Source: a bacterium
GTDB lineage: Bacteria; Bacillota; Clostridia; Lachnospirales; Lachnospiraceae
Reading direction: 5' to 3'
Assembly: GCA_963597235.1 (NCBI GenBank)
Contig: CAVBPN010000129.1
Location: 21,534-85,533 of the forward strand
DNA: 64,000 nt
In this document: positions 28,677 to 36,868 of the stretch, one piece after another
Numbering within the stretch: position 1 is the first letter of the stretch
Layout of the letters: every line of letters begins with the position of its first letter
The notes under the pieces: model-generated
Database searches by the model: none
Told to the model about the DNA's origin: nothing
The model's input: only the letters and a program-made list of their open reading frames with translations
Translations under genes and position numbers: made by a program

Positions 28677-29639
28677 TTAGCATGGCCATGCAATTGTGTA
28701 GATGTGTTTTCCGCCATGTGTAGGTCCTTTAAGAAGCTTTTCGATTTCTTCTGGATCTCTCTGGCTCATATATTTTGCATCCGGAAGTACTCCTGGAGGG
28801 CAAGCTTCAAGGATATCATGATGCAGTTTTACAAGATAATCGCAAACCTTTTCGATGCAGGCTGTTGCTTTCTTCGGATCAGCTTCTGTTGCATGTCCAA
28901 GCACACCCTGTGGTGCTGTTACACATTCGATACCAGCATTACCAACTACGCAGTGTCCTGGGATCGGGTTTCCATAGATATCACCGCCACGGTCAACATG
29001 TCCTGCCGGAAGAATTCCGTGTACATCTGTATCTTCTGCATGTTCCATATCGCAGTATTCCGGGAAGAGTGCAAGAGAAATACTCTGTTCTGCCTCGCAC
29101 GCATGCTGGAATGGTCTGTTGAATGGTCCGCCATGCTCTTTGTCCATCAGAGTCTGCGCCATTACTCGTGGAAGGTCTACGAAATAGATCATTGCCGGAA
29201 CCTGATATTTTTTACCCCATTCCTGAATAGCAACCGGAAGTGAGTATTCCTGTCCATGCATACTGATAAAGATCATTTTACGGAATCCTGTGTTCCAGAA
29301 TCCTGTGATGATAGCTCTGAGGAAAGAGCAGAATACATCGTCCGGAAGCGGGATTGTACAAGGCTGTCCGATATGATGGAATGGATGTGAACCATACCAT
29401 ACTGGTTCAGCTACTGTACAGCCAACCTTCTCTGCTACCATTTCTGCGATACGTGAAACAATAAATGTATCCTCACCGATCGGACCGGAGTTACCATGGT
29501 TTTCTGTTGAACCTACCGGAATAATGATTACATCATCTTTTTCCAGTCTCTGCTCAACATCTCTTTTTGTCATTGTCTGATAATACATTTTGTTTGCGGA
29601 CTCCATCTGTCCTGCGTTTGGGAATTTCCATTCTGCCAT
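28677..29639 (-). CDS. Creatininase (creatinine amidohydrolase) family protein
   Basis: The start is set at the ATG at 29639 after AAGGAGGAAG. IIIPVGSTENHG...GED...HGQ matches my recollection of the family. Confidence 0.75.
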   Translation of the reverse strand: MAEWKFPNAGQMESANKMYYQTMTKRDVEQRLEKDDVIIIPVGSTENHGNSGPIGEDTFIVSRIAEMVAEKVGCTVAEPVWYGSHPFHHIGQPCTIPLPDDVFCSFLRAIITGFWNTGFRKMIFISMHGQEYSLPVAIQEWGKKYQVPAMIYFVDLPRVMAQTLMDKEHGGPFNRPFQHACEAEQSISLALFPEYCDMEHAEDTDVHGILPAGHVDRGGDIYGNPIPGHCVVGNAGIECVTAPQGVLGHATEADPKKATACIEKVCDYLVKLHHDILEACPPGVLPDAKYMSQRDPEEIEKLLKGPTHGGKHIYTIAWPC

Positions 29640-29732
29640 TGTTTCTTCCTCCTTAAAATAATTAATTCTTTTTACTTTCATAGGTTTATATCATGAATGG
29701 ACCAGGCCATTATGAACTTAAGTTAATAATTG

Positions 29733-30650
29733 TCACGCTTTCTGCAGTGCTCTTATTCTCTGCTGGTAGCTGTCTGTTCCAACACCTTTCACCAGCTTTA
29801 TGATTTTTTCTCCGGCTACCATGATCTTTTCAAAATCCATTCCTGTTTCAATTCCCATTGAATCCAGCATGAAAAGAACATCCTCAGTTGAAATATTTCC
29901 TGTTGCCCCTTTGATATAAGGACATCCGCCAAGTCCTGCCAGTGAAGTATCTATTTTATCGATTCCAGCTTCCATTGCTGCAATTACATTTGCAAGTCCC
30001 ATGCCTCTTGTATTATGCATATGAAGCATCCAGTCCATCTCCGGAAAATCTTCCCTCAGCTGCATCGTTCTCTCGTATACCATCTTTGGTGTTCCAAGTC
30101 CTGCCGAATCAGAAAGAGAAACCTGTGTTGCACCTGCATCTGCAAAAGCTTTTACAATATCCTTGATCAGTTCATAAGGAAGCACACCTTCCCACTGAGA
30201 TGCAAATGGTAATGAAATGGAACCAGCAAATCCCATGTTATTATCTCTCGCGATCTGCCCGGATTCTGCAAAAGTCTTCATGGATTCCAGCGGTGATCTT
30301 CCGGCTCCGGCTTTATTGTGTTCCATACTTGCGGATACATTTAATTTTATTTTCTCGCATCCGCACGCTGCTGCCCGTCTTACATCATCCGGAAGATATA
30401 CCAGACCTCTGTATTCAACCTCATCTTTTTTATGAAGCTTCTCAAAGACCTTGTCGGTATCTTTCATCTTGTACATAGTTTCATAGGTGGAAAAAGCCCC
30501 AACCTCAACACATTTACATCCTGCATCAACTACTTCCTCGACGATTCTTACCTTCTCTTCCACCGAATAAATTTCCGGTGCTGTCTGAAATCCATCTCGA
30601 GTAACCACTTCACAGAGTGTTACCTTTTCAGGAAAAATCTTTTTCGTCAC
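29733..30650 (-). CDS. HMGL-like (hydroxymethylglutaryl-CoA lyase family) aldolase/lyase
   Basis: Has EVVTRDGFQ, HMHNTRGMGLAN and LAGLGGCPYIKGATGNISTEDV, which are signatures of HMG-CoA-lyase-type TIM barrels. Confidence 0.8.
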   Translation of the reverse strand: MTKKIFPEKVTLCEVVTRDGFQTAPEIYSVEEKVRIVEEVVDAGCKCVEVGAFSTYETMYKMKDTDKVFEKLHKKDEVEYRGLVYLPDDVRRAAACGCEKIKLNVSASMEHNKAGAGRSPLESMKTFAESGQIARDNNMGFAGSISLPFASQWEGVLPYELIKDIVKAFADAGATQVSLSDSAGLGTPKMVYERTMQLREDFPEMDWMLHMHNTRGMGLANVIAAMEAGIDKIDTSLAGLGGCPYIKGATGNISTEDVLFMLDSMGIETGMDFEKIMVAGEKIIKLVKGVGTDSYQQRIRALQKA

Positions 30651-30730
30651 TTTTTTGCTCCATCCTTTCTTTATTTTCTGTTTATTTGTTATTTTATTAA
30701 CTCTTTTTCTGTTATGTATCGCTTGTATAT

Positions 30731-30746
30731 AACTGATACATCAGTT
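30731..30746. promoter_or_regulatory. Palindromic operator candidate AACTGATACATCAGTT upstream of the HMGL-like gene
   Basis: 7-bp arms around AC, located 85-100 nt upstream of the ATG at 30650. It shares CTGAT(GT/AC)ATCAG with the GntR upstream site. Confidence 0.5.
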
Positions 30747-30839
30747 AGTGTAAAAAAAATCGATTTTAATGTGCAGAGGAGAAAACAATAACTGCTCATA
30801 AAATATTCACAGTAACCTGCTCCTCTCTGCCCCTGTTTC

Positions 30840-31472
30840 TTATACGCCTATGCGTACATACCCTTCTCGCATCCTCTGGATCGCATCCTTTGTATGCCTG
30901 TGTATCACCTGAACAGCCTCATCGTATCTGCCCTCATCTATGAGTCTCATAAACTTTCTGTGTTCCTCGATCGGTACCTTACTGTGTTCTGTAGCTACGC
31001 TGTTAGAAGCAGCACGATACTGACTTCTTATATTCTCATAGAATTCAGATAACTTCTTGTTGTTCATAAGATTGATCATGTAACAGTGAAATTCCGAATC
31101 GACTTCACTGTATTTCGCAAAGTCACCTTTATTCAGAGCTTCTTCCTGCTCATCTATCTTCTTTCTTAATATTGCTTTATCATCGTCCGTAAGGTGAGGG
31201 ATCACGATCGGGAGAACATACTGCTCAACGCATTCCCTGCTCTGATAAATATCAGTGATATCTCTCAGATCCATCCGAACTGTGAAAAAACCAACTTTCG
31301 GAACCAGTCTTAACATTCCTTCAGCATGGAGCTTTAAAAGCGCCTCTCTGGTAGGTGTATAACTGAAGTTTAATTCTTCAGCACACTTTCTCACACTGAA
31401 GAAGGTATCAGGTTCAGCTTCCAATATCAGTTCTTTCAGACGTTCATAAGCCTGTTCACTTCTTGATGCCAT
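30840..31472 (-). CDS. GntR family transcriptional regulator (FadR/FCD subfamily)
   Basis: The N-terminal winged HTH is ERLKELILEAEPDTFFSVRKCAEELNFSYTPTREALLKLHAEGML. The C-terminal domain is all-helical. Confidence 0.85.
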   Translation of the reverse strand: MASRSEQAYERLKELILEAEPDTFFSVRKCAEELNFSYTPTREALLKLHAEGMLRLVPKVGFFTVRMDLRDITDIYQSRECVEQYVLPIVIPHLTDDDKAILRKKIDEQEEALNKGDFAKYSEVDSEFHCYMINLMNNKKLSEFYENIRSQYRAASNSVATEHSKVPIEEHRKFMRLIDEGRYDEAVQVIHRHTKDAIQRMREGYVRIGV

Positions 31473-31507
31473 ATCTGTTAAAACTCCTTTACTTTTGTTT
31501 GCTTCAT

Positions 31508-31530
31508 CTGATGTATCAATAATACATCAG
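31508..31530. promoter_or_regulatory. Inverted repeat CTGATGTA-N7-TACATCAG upstream of the GntR gene
   Basis: 8-bp perfect arms at 31508-31515 and 31523-31530, located 36-58 nt upstream of the GntR ATG. Confidence 0.5.
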
Positions 31531-31597
31531 TTTTGTTATGTTGTAAATTGGCAGAATAGATGATATATTTTATCATTTTTTATGCAATTCTACCAAC

Positions 31598-31633
31598 AAA
31601 AGCTGTGAACATCTTACTGACATTCACAGCTTT
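31598..31633 (-). terminator. Intrinsic terminator after the DUF362 gene
   Basis: AAAGCTGTGAA / TTCACAGCTTT forms an 11-bp stem. The minus strand continues TTTTGTTGG. Confidence 0.65.
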
Positions 31634-31739
31634 CATTCTAACTTATATTTCTTATCTTTGTCAAAAAATATTCAATGATGATGCATCTCATGCATTGTCC
31701 ATATATTCCTGCCGAAAACTCTTATCATCCACACCTGTG

Positions 31740-32864
31740 TCATTTTATTCTCTTCAGCTCATATTCTCTGGTTCCAAGACCAACCTTCTCTGCCTGATCA
31801 AGTGTTGCTTTCCATTCGATATTTGGATTGCAATCTTTAAAATGATCGTGATGACAGTGCCATCCAGGTTCTGCCAGATGTTCTCCAAGCTGGCTGTTCT
31901 CAATCGGTGTAGCCTTCAGACAGGCATCTGCACATGCCTGATCCAGTGCAACCGGATCAAAGCTTGCGAACATTCCGATATCCGGAAGGATCTGTGCATC
32001 GTTCTCTCCATGGCAGTCACAGTTCGGACTGATATCCTGAACCAGTGCAACATGAAAATGTGGGCGGCCATGACAGACTGCCTGTGCATATTCTGCCATT
32101 TTGCGATCGAGAAGTTCATTTGCACTGTCATTTTGATTGTATACAGCATCAAAACTGCAGGCTCCGATGCAGCGTCCACAGCCCTTACACTTATCATAAT
32201 CAATAACTGCTTTTTTATTTACATAAGTAATCGCATCACTTCCACATTCTTTTGCACAACGACGGCAGCCACGACAGACATCTTTATTGATCGCCGGTTT
32301 TCCACTTGCATGCTGCTGCATCTTTCCTGCACGGCTTCCGCATCCCATACCGATATTCTTGAGTGTTCCACCGAATCCGGTCATCTCATGTCCTTTAAAA
32401 TGAGTCAGACTGATAAAAATATCTGCATCCATGATTGCATGTCCAATCAATGCAGTCTTGCAATACTCTCCATTTACAACCGGAACTTCTACTTCATCTG
32501 TTCCACGCAGTCCATCTCCAATAATAATCTGACATCCTGTTGTGATCGTATTAAATCCGTTCAGATTCGCACAATCCAGATGTTCCAGTGCATTCTTCCT
32601 GCTTCCCGGATACAGTGTATTACAGTCTGTCAGAAACGGCTTACCACCCTGCTCTTTACACAGATCAGCAGCTACTTTTGCATAGTTTGGACGAAGAAAA
32701 GCCATATTTCCCAGTTCACCAAAATGCATTTTGATCGCTACAAATTTTCCATCCATATCAATATCTTTGATGCCAGCTGCAATACAGAGTTTTTTCAGCT
32801 TGTCAAGCCGGCTGGTTCCCACAGGACAACGAAAATCTGTAAAATAAACAGTCGATTTTTCCAT
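31740..32864 (-). CDS. DUF362 domain protein with 2x[4Fe-4S] ferredoxin insert
   Basis: MEKSTVYFTDFR...VAIKMHFGE...FLTDCNTLY is DUF362-like, and CRGCRRCAKEC plus CKGCGRCIGAC are ferredoxin motifs. Confidence 0.75.
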   Translation of the reverse strand: MEKSTVYFTDFRCPVGTSRLDKLKKLCIAAGIKDIDMDGKFVAIKMHFGELGNMAFLRPNYAKVAADLCKEQGGKPFLTDCNTLYPGSRKNALEHLDCANLNGFNTITTGCQIIIGDGLRGTDEVEVPVVNGEYCKTALIGHAIMDADIFISLTHFKGHEMTGFGGTLKNIGMGCGSRAGKMQQHASGKPAINKDVCRGCRRCAKECGSDAITYVNKKAVIDYDKCKGCGRCIGACSFDAVYNQNDSANELLDRKMAEYAQAVCHGRPHFHVALVQDISPNCDCHGENDAQILPDIGMFASFDPVALDQACADACLKATPIENSQLGEHLAEPGWHCHHDHFKDCNPNIEWKATLDQAEKVGLGTREYELKRIK

Positions 32865-32890
32865 TTTAATCCCTCCTGAAGATGATTTGT

Positions 32891-32917
32891 GTTACTGTTC
32901 ACTTCGTTCACAGTAAC
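32891..32917. repeat. 27-bp conserved non-coding element, copy 1 (GTTACTGTTCACTTCGTTCACAGTAAC)
   Basis: It recurs at 46418-46444 with 24/27 identity. In both copies it is followed by TTTGTCTTT, directly in copy 2 and after TGA in copy 1. It contains the direct repeat GTTCAC-N3-GTTCAC inside the dyad TTACTGT...ACAGTAA. Confidence 0.6.
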
Positions 32918-32943
32918 TGATTTGTCTTTACAAAAGGATATCA

Positions 32944-32961
32944 CTTAAAGTATACTTGAAG
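32944..32961. promoter_or_regulatory. Near-perfect 18-bp palindrome overlapping a candidate -10 box upstream of the MerR gene
   Basis: CTTAAAGTATACTTGAAG has 8 of 9 arm positions matching. TATACT (32951-32956) lies 18 nt downstream of TTTACA (32927-32932). Confidence 0.5.
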
Positions 32962-32977
32962 TCAAGGAGGAATCTAC

Positions 32978-33382
32978 ATGAAAACTTATACAATTCGTGA
33001 AATATCTGAACTTTTTTCGCTTCCAGCTTCTACACTCCGTTATTACGAAAGTGAGGGATTACTCCCTGATGTCGAAAAAAACGCTTCCGGACAGCGTATC
33101 TATACACAGGAACATATTGAACGCCTAAACTGCATCAACTGTTTTAAACGTACCGGTATGACCATTCCACACCTTCGAAAGTTTTTTGAATATGAGGCAG
33201 ATGAAGCACGGTATATTGATGATATCATCCTCCTTGTGGAAGACCAGGAAAAAATAGTGGATGAAAAACTCAGGCAGCTTCAGAAAGATTCCGCACACGT
33301 TCATCGCAAAGTAGAACACTACAAAGCGATCAAACATGCGCTGGAAAACAATCTGCCGCTGCCTGTGTGGGAAGACGATTAA
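32978..33382 (+). CDS. MerR family transcriptional regulator
   Basis: YTIREISELFSLPASTLRYYESEGLL is the MerR HTH, followed by a coiled-coil dimerisation helix. RBS AGGAGG. Confidence 0.9.
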   Translation: MKTYTIREISELFSLPASTLRYYESEGLLPDVEKNASGQRIYTQEHIERLNCINCFKRTGMTIPHLRKFFEYEADEARYIDDIILLVEDQEKIVDEKLRQLQKDSAHVHRKVEHYKAIKHALENNLPLPVWEDD

Positions 33383-33392
33383 TTTTTGAACT

Positions 33393-33779
33393 TTATACTG
33401 GCTTACAGGTGCATCCGATTCCAAGACCATCCGGGCCGATATGACAGGACAGACCGAAAGAAAGCTTATCACACATGACTTCCATTCCCGGGAAGTTTTC
33501 TTTAATCTGATTGACCCACTCTTCCGTCGCTTTGTCAGTGCTGCTGGAAGCCGCCATCAGGTATACTTTTCCGGCAGCGTATTCTTCACGGAAATTGGTT
33601 TCCAGTTCGTGTTTCATTGCATCGATCATGACCTTGCGAGACTTTTTCATACCACGGCATTTCTGATAAGTATCAAGCTTTCCTGTGCTGAAATGCATGA
33701 CCGGTTTGATGTTCAGGACATCTGCTGCCTTTTCTCCTGCGGTAGAAATCATTTTCGCAAATGTACTTTCTGTTTTCAT
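33393..33779 (-). pseudogene. 5'-truncated DegV family gene (only the C-terminal ~125 aa) fused to a repeat-encoded MKTE start
   Basis: ...KVYLMAASSSTDKATEEWVNQIKENFPGMEVMCDKLSFGLSCHIGPDGLGIGC is a DegV C-terminus. A normal DegV is about 280 aa. The upstream sequence is repeat copy A. Confidence 0.6.
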
Positions 33780-33869
33780 CCACCACAAGCCTCTCTTATG
33801 AACTTTTCGTTCTAAATGCATGATAACACATAATTTCATACCTGTGTATAAACTTTTTATAAATCTTTT
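33766..33869. repeat. 104-bp direct repeat, copy A
   Basis: 95 of 104 nt are identical to 35040-35143, with no indels. Confidence 0.85.
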
Positions 33870-33936
33870 TTCAATGGACAGTTTTTCAGCTTTCTGTTAT
33901 TATAAAAAGCAAAACGACTTCTGGAGGTGATGACTA

Positions 33937-34773
33937 TTGAATAAAAAATTCAAAGAATTATTTTCGTATCTTGCAATCATAGTCGGAGCACTTATCGCCA
34001 GTTTCTCGGTCGCCTGTATCCTGCTCCCCAATGACGCGATTGATTATGGCACTGCCGGAATCGCGATCATCATAAGTAAACTTACCGGTTATAATCTGTC
34101 GCTCTGTGTTCTGCTCGTTTTTCTTCCTTTTCTCGTTGCCGGCATTTTTCTGCTCGGCAAATATTTCTTCGCAAAAACATTTGTCGGTTTCGTCGTATAT
34201 ACCATTGGTCTTGCTTATTTCGAAAAAATCCCGTTCGAACTTAATACTGAGCATTTCCTGGCCGTCGTATTCGGTGGGATGATACTCGGAGTCGGACTTG
34301 CACTGATTCTTCGAAACGGCGGCTGTATCGATGGTTCGGAGATTTTTGCCAATATTGTTGTAAAATATGTCTACAATCATACCGGGAAAGATTACAGTAT
34401 TTCCTATTTACTGATTGGATTCAACATCTGCGTATATATTGCTGTATTTGCTCTGCTCAACCAGGATGCGGCAATGCTGAGTCTGCTCGTATATATCATT
34501 GCCACAGCTATTATTGATCACTTTACTGATCACTACGAATCAATCAAACAGGTAACGATCATCACCAAGGATCCTGACGAAATTATCCGGGAAATAAAAG
34601 AAGATCTGAACAAGACATGTACCATCATCAACTCCTCCGGTGTCATTGCCGGAGATAATAAAACACTGATTTGTTATGTAAACTACTTTGAACTCCAGCA
34701 AGTCAAAAAGATCATCTCAAAAAACAAAGGAACTTTCAGTACTGTTTCTACTATTGAAGAGATTTTACGATAA
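33937..34773 (+). CDS. YitT family membrane protein (DUF2179 C-terminal domain)
   Basis: The TTG start follows GGAGGTG. DYGTAGIAIIISKLTG..., ILRNGGCIDGSEI and the C-terminal TIITKDPDEI...TIINSSGV fit the YitT family. Confidence 0.8.
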   Translation: MNKKFKELFSYLAIIVGALIASFSVACILLPNDAIDYGTAGIAIIISKLTGYNLSLCVLLVFLPFLVAGIFLLGKYFFAKTFVGFVVYTIGLAYFEKIPFELNTEHFLAVVFGGMILGVGLALILRNGGCIDGSEIFANIVVKYVYNHTGKDYSISYLLIGFNICVYIAVFALLNQDAAMLSLLVYIIATAIIDHFTDHYESIKQVTIITKDPDEIIREIKEDLNKTCTIINSSGVIAGDNKTLICYVNYFELQQVKKIISKNKGTFSTVSTIEEILR

Positions 34774-34846
34774 CCGAAAAGAATCAGGGAATTCTGTCTG
34801 GATTTTCTCTGATTCTTTTCATCATACTGTTTATATTCTTACTCTT

Positions 34847-35053
34847 TTACTTCTTCAGCATATTCAGATAACCATTTCTCTCTTCTGTCTGTATCTGAAG
34901 TGCATCCATCGCCTGTTCAATTGTCCATCCCATACTCTCCATAAGACTCTGAATTGAAAACATAATACCTTTTGTAATACCTTTAGCAATACCTTTCTGT
35001 TCTATACCATCGCTCAGATTACACATCTCTGCTACCTCTCTTTCTGTTTTCAT
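34847..35053 (-). pseudogene. Small ORF resembling the C-terminal tail of Rpn/PD-(D/E)XK putative transposases, fused to a repeat-encoded MKTE start
   Basis: MKTEREVAEMCNLSDGIEQKGIAKGITKGIMFSIQSLMESMGWTIEQAMDALQI... The MC..-GIE.GI..GI pattern matches my recollection of Rpn-family C-termini. No nuclease domain is present. Confidence 0.4.
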
Positions 35054-35143
35054 CCACCACAAGCCTTTCTTACGAACTTTTCGTTCTAAGAATATGATCA
35101 CACATAATTTCATACCTGTGCATAAACTTTTTATAAATATTTT
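35040..35143. repeat. 104-bp direct repeat, copy B
   Basis: Same orientation as copy A, 1274 bp away. Confidence 0.85.
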
Positions 35144-35291
35144 CCTATAATCGTCATAAGTTTATTGCATCCTCATTGAAATTTCATGTCCGGCAGGATA
35201 TAATAACTCTATCGTAACTGTTCAGTATACCTTGAGGGATACTGCCTGCTGAATGGTTACAATCAATCTGTACATTACAGGAGTTGAGTAT

Positions 35292-35906
35292 ATGGGAGAT
35301 AATATTTCGATGGGATACAGAAAAAACAGGGGCTTTACCCTTGTTGAACTGGTTATCATTATAGCCGTTCTCGCAATACTGACAGGACTTCTGACTCCTG
35401 CTTATACGAAATACGTAGAGAAAAGCCGCAGAGCTGCGGATATGTCAAATGCAAAAAACATCTCCAGGATCATTACGATGGGTATTGTGGATGGAAGCAT
35501 AGAATTCAAAAATGAGCTTCACTCCTCTGGATATAGAAATGTCATCTGTGTTACTGTGGATTCTTCCGGAACTCATTGTTCAGCAAGTGGTACGGTATCT
35601 TTTAACGGAAAAACCTGGTCTGATGATCAAAGTTCCGATTATCGTCGTGTGACAGAATATATGCAGGATAATGGCATCGGGAATGAGAAGCTGAAGTGTA
35701 AATATCCTCAAAATGACGGATGGTTGTTTTATACGGTTCTTGTTTACAGTGATGGCAAAGTTCGGTATGCGTCAGGAAATAAAACGAATGATTCCAATGC
35801 ATACTACAATGGAGAGGACGGTTACATGGAAAAAACTGCTGGTTACTGGTATAATGCAGAACCTTCAAACATAGAAAAAGCAATGCAGGGGACTGTCGGG
35901 AAATAG
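35292..35906 (+). CDS. Prepilin-type N-terminal cleavage/methylation domain protein (orphan type IV pilin/pseudopilin-like)
   Basis: ...YRKNRG/FTLVELVIIIAVLAILTGLLTPAY is the class III signal peptide plus hydrophobic helix. The ATG at 35292 follows AGGAG. Confidence 0.8.
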   Translation: MGDNISMGYRKNRGFTLVELVIIIAVLAILTGLLTPAYTKYVEKSRRAADMSNAKNISRIITMGIVDGSIEFKNELHSSGYRNVICVTVDSSGTHCSASGTVSFNGKTWSDDQSSDYRRVTEYMQDNGIGNEKLKCKYPQNDGWLFYTVLVYSDGKVRYASGNKTNDSNAYYNGEDGYMEKTAGYWYNAEPSNIEKAMQGTVGK

Positions 35907-35946
35907 ACAGCCCTTGTATTATTTCTAAGAAACTTCCTCTATATAG

Positions 35947-36780
35947 TTATTTGCAAAGCTTTTCTAACTGATACATATCCTTACGTCTGCTCTTCAATAA
36001 TGGAAGCTCTTCCCGCACCTGTTCTTCATAATCCATATCCAGTTCTGCCAGTAGTACGCCTTCTTTTTCATCCAACATATTTATAACAGCGCCCCATGGA
36101 TCCGTAACAATGGAATGTCCCCACGAGATATAACCTGCCGCCACATCACGTGCCGGAGCACAGCCAACCATATAAATCTGATTATCCAGTGCTCTGGTCC
36201 TGAATGATAATTCCCAGTGTGCCGGACCTGTCGTCATATTGAATGCCGCCGGGACAAAAATCACCTTTGCACCATCATTTACCATTATTCTGGATAATTC
36301 CGGAAAGCGAATATCAAAACAGAGCATAACACCCATTTTGCCAAATTCTGTATCCAAAACAGTATCGCTGTCACCCGCAGTTAAAGTATCTGATTCTTTG
36401 AATGTCTGTCCGCCCCTGATATCAATGTCAAACAAATGCACCTTTCTGTGTTTTCCGATCTGTTTTCCTACACGGTCAAAAATGTAAGATGTATTATATA
36501 CCTTTCCTTCTGCGTCCTTCTCCGGCATGGATCCTCCAATCAGATAAATTCCATATTGTTTCGCATACGCAGACAACTGCTGCCATACTGTGCCACCTTC
36601 TTCTTCCGCATAGATTGGAAAGTTCTCTGTCTGATACGGACAGCAGAACATTTCTGGAAGAATTACAAAATCTGGTTTTTCATCCTTTATTTTTTCGAGA
36701 TAAGTTTTGACAGCTTTAACATTTTCCATTTTATCAGTCACTGTAGGCATCTGTATTGCTGCAATCTTTATTTTAGACAT
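35947..36780 (-). CDS. Carbon-nitrogen hydrolase (nitrilase superfamily, omega-amidase-like)
   Basis: IKIAAIQM...PDFVILPEMF...KVHLFD...GVMLCFDIRFPEL carries the Glu-Lys-Cys triad contexts. Confidence 0.85.
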   Translation of the reverse strand: MSKIKIAAIQMPTVTDKMENVKAVKTYLEKIKDEKPDFVILPEMFCCPYQTENFPIYAEEEGGTVWQQLSAYAKQYGIYLIGGSMPEKDAEGKVYNTSYIFDRVGKQIGKHRKVHLFDIDIRGGQTFKESDTLTAGDSDTVLDTEFGKMGVMLCFDIRFPELSRIMVNDGAKVIFVPAAFNMTTGPAHWELSFRTRALDNQIYMVGCAPARDVAAGYISWGHSIVTDPWGAVINMLDEKEGVLLAELDMDYEEQVREELPLLKSRRKDMYQLEKLCK

Positions 36781-36868
36781 TTATTTTTTCTCCTTCTAAA
36801 TCTTTTCCCTCTGGAACGATATTTTCTTCCATGTTATGATAACTTTATTCTACCAGAGGAGAATGCTT

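Noticed and set aside
31598-31633. Rex-box-like TGTGAA...TTCACA
   Set aside because: The half-sites are 13 nt apart, far from the Rex spacing. They form an 11-bp stem followed by a U-run directly after a stop codon, so a terminator is the simpler reading.
31560-32879. 439-aa plus-strand ORF
   Set aside because: It lies entirely antisense to the well-supported DUF362/ferredoxin gene. Its translation is low-complexity (Cys/Ile/Phe/Ser-rich), with no RBS and no recognisable motif. It is a shadow ORF.
33780-33839. N-terminal MKLCVIMHLERKVHKRGLWW extension (and its twin at 35054-35113)
   Set aside because: This segment lies inside the 104-bp repeat. The similarity is at the nucleotide level and continues into clearly non-coding sequence. 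I treat the internal MKTE ATG, or no translation at all, as more likely than a conserved peptide.
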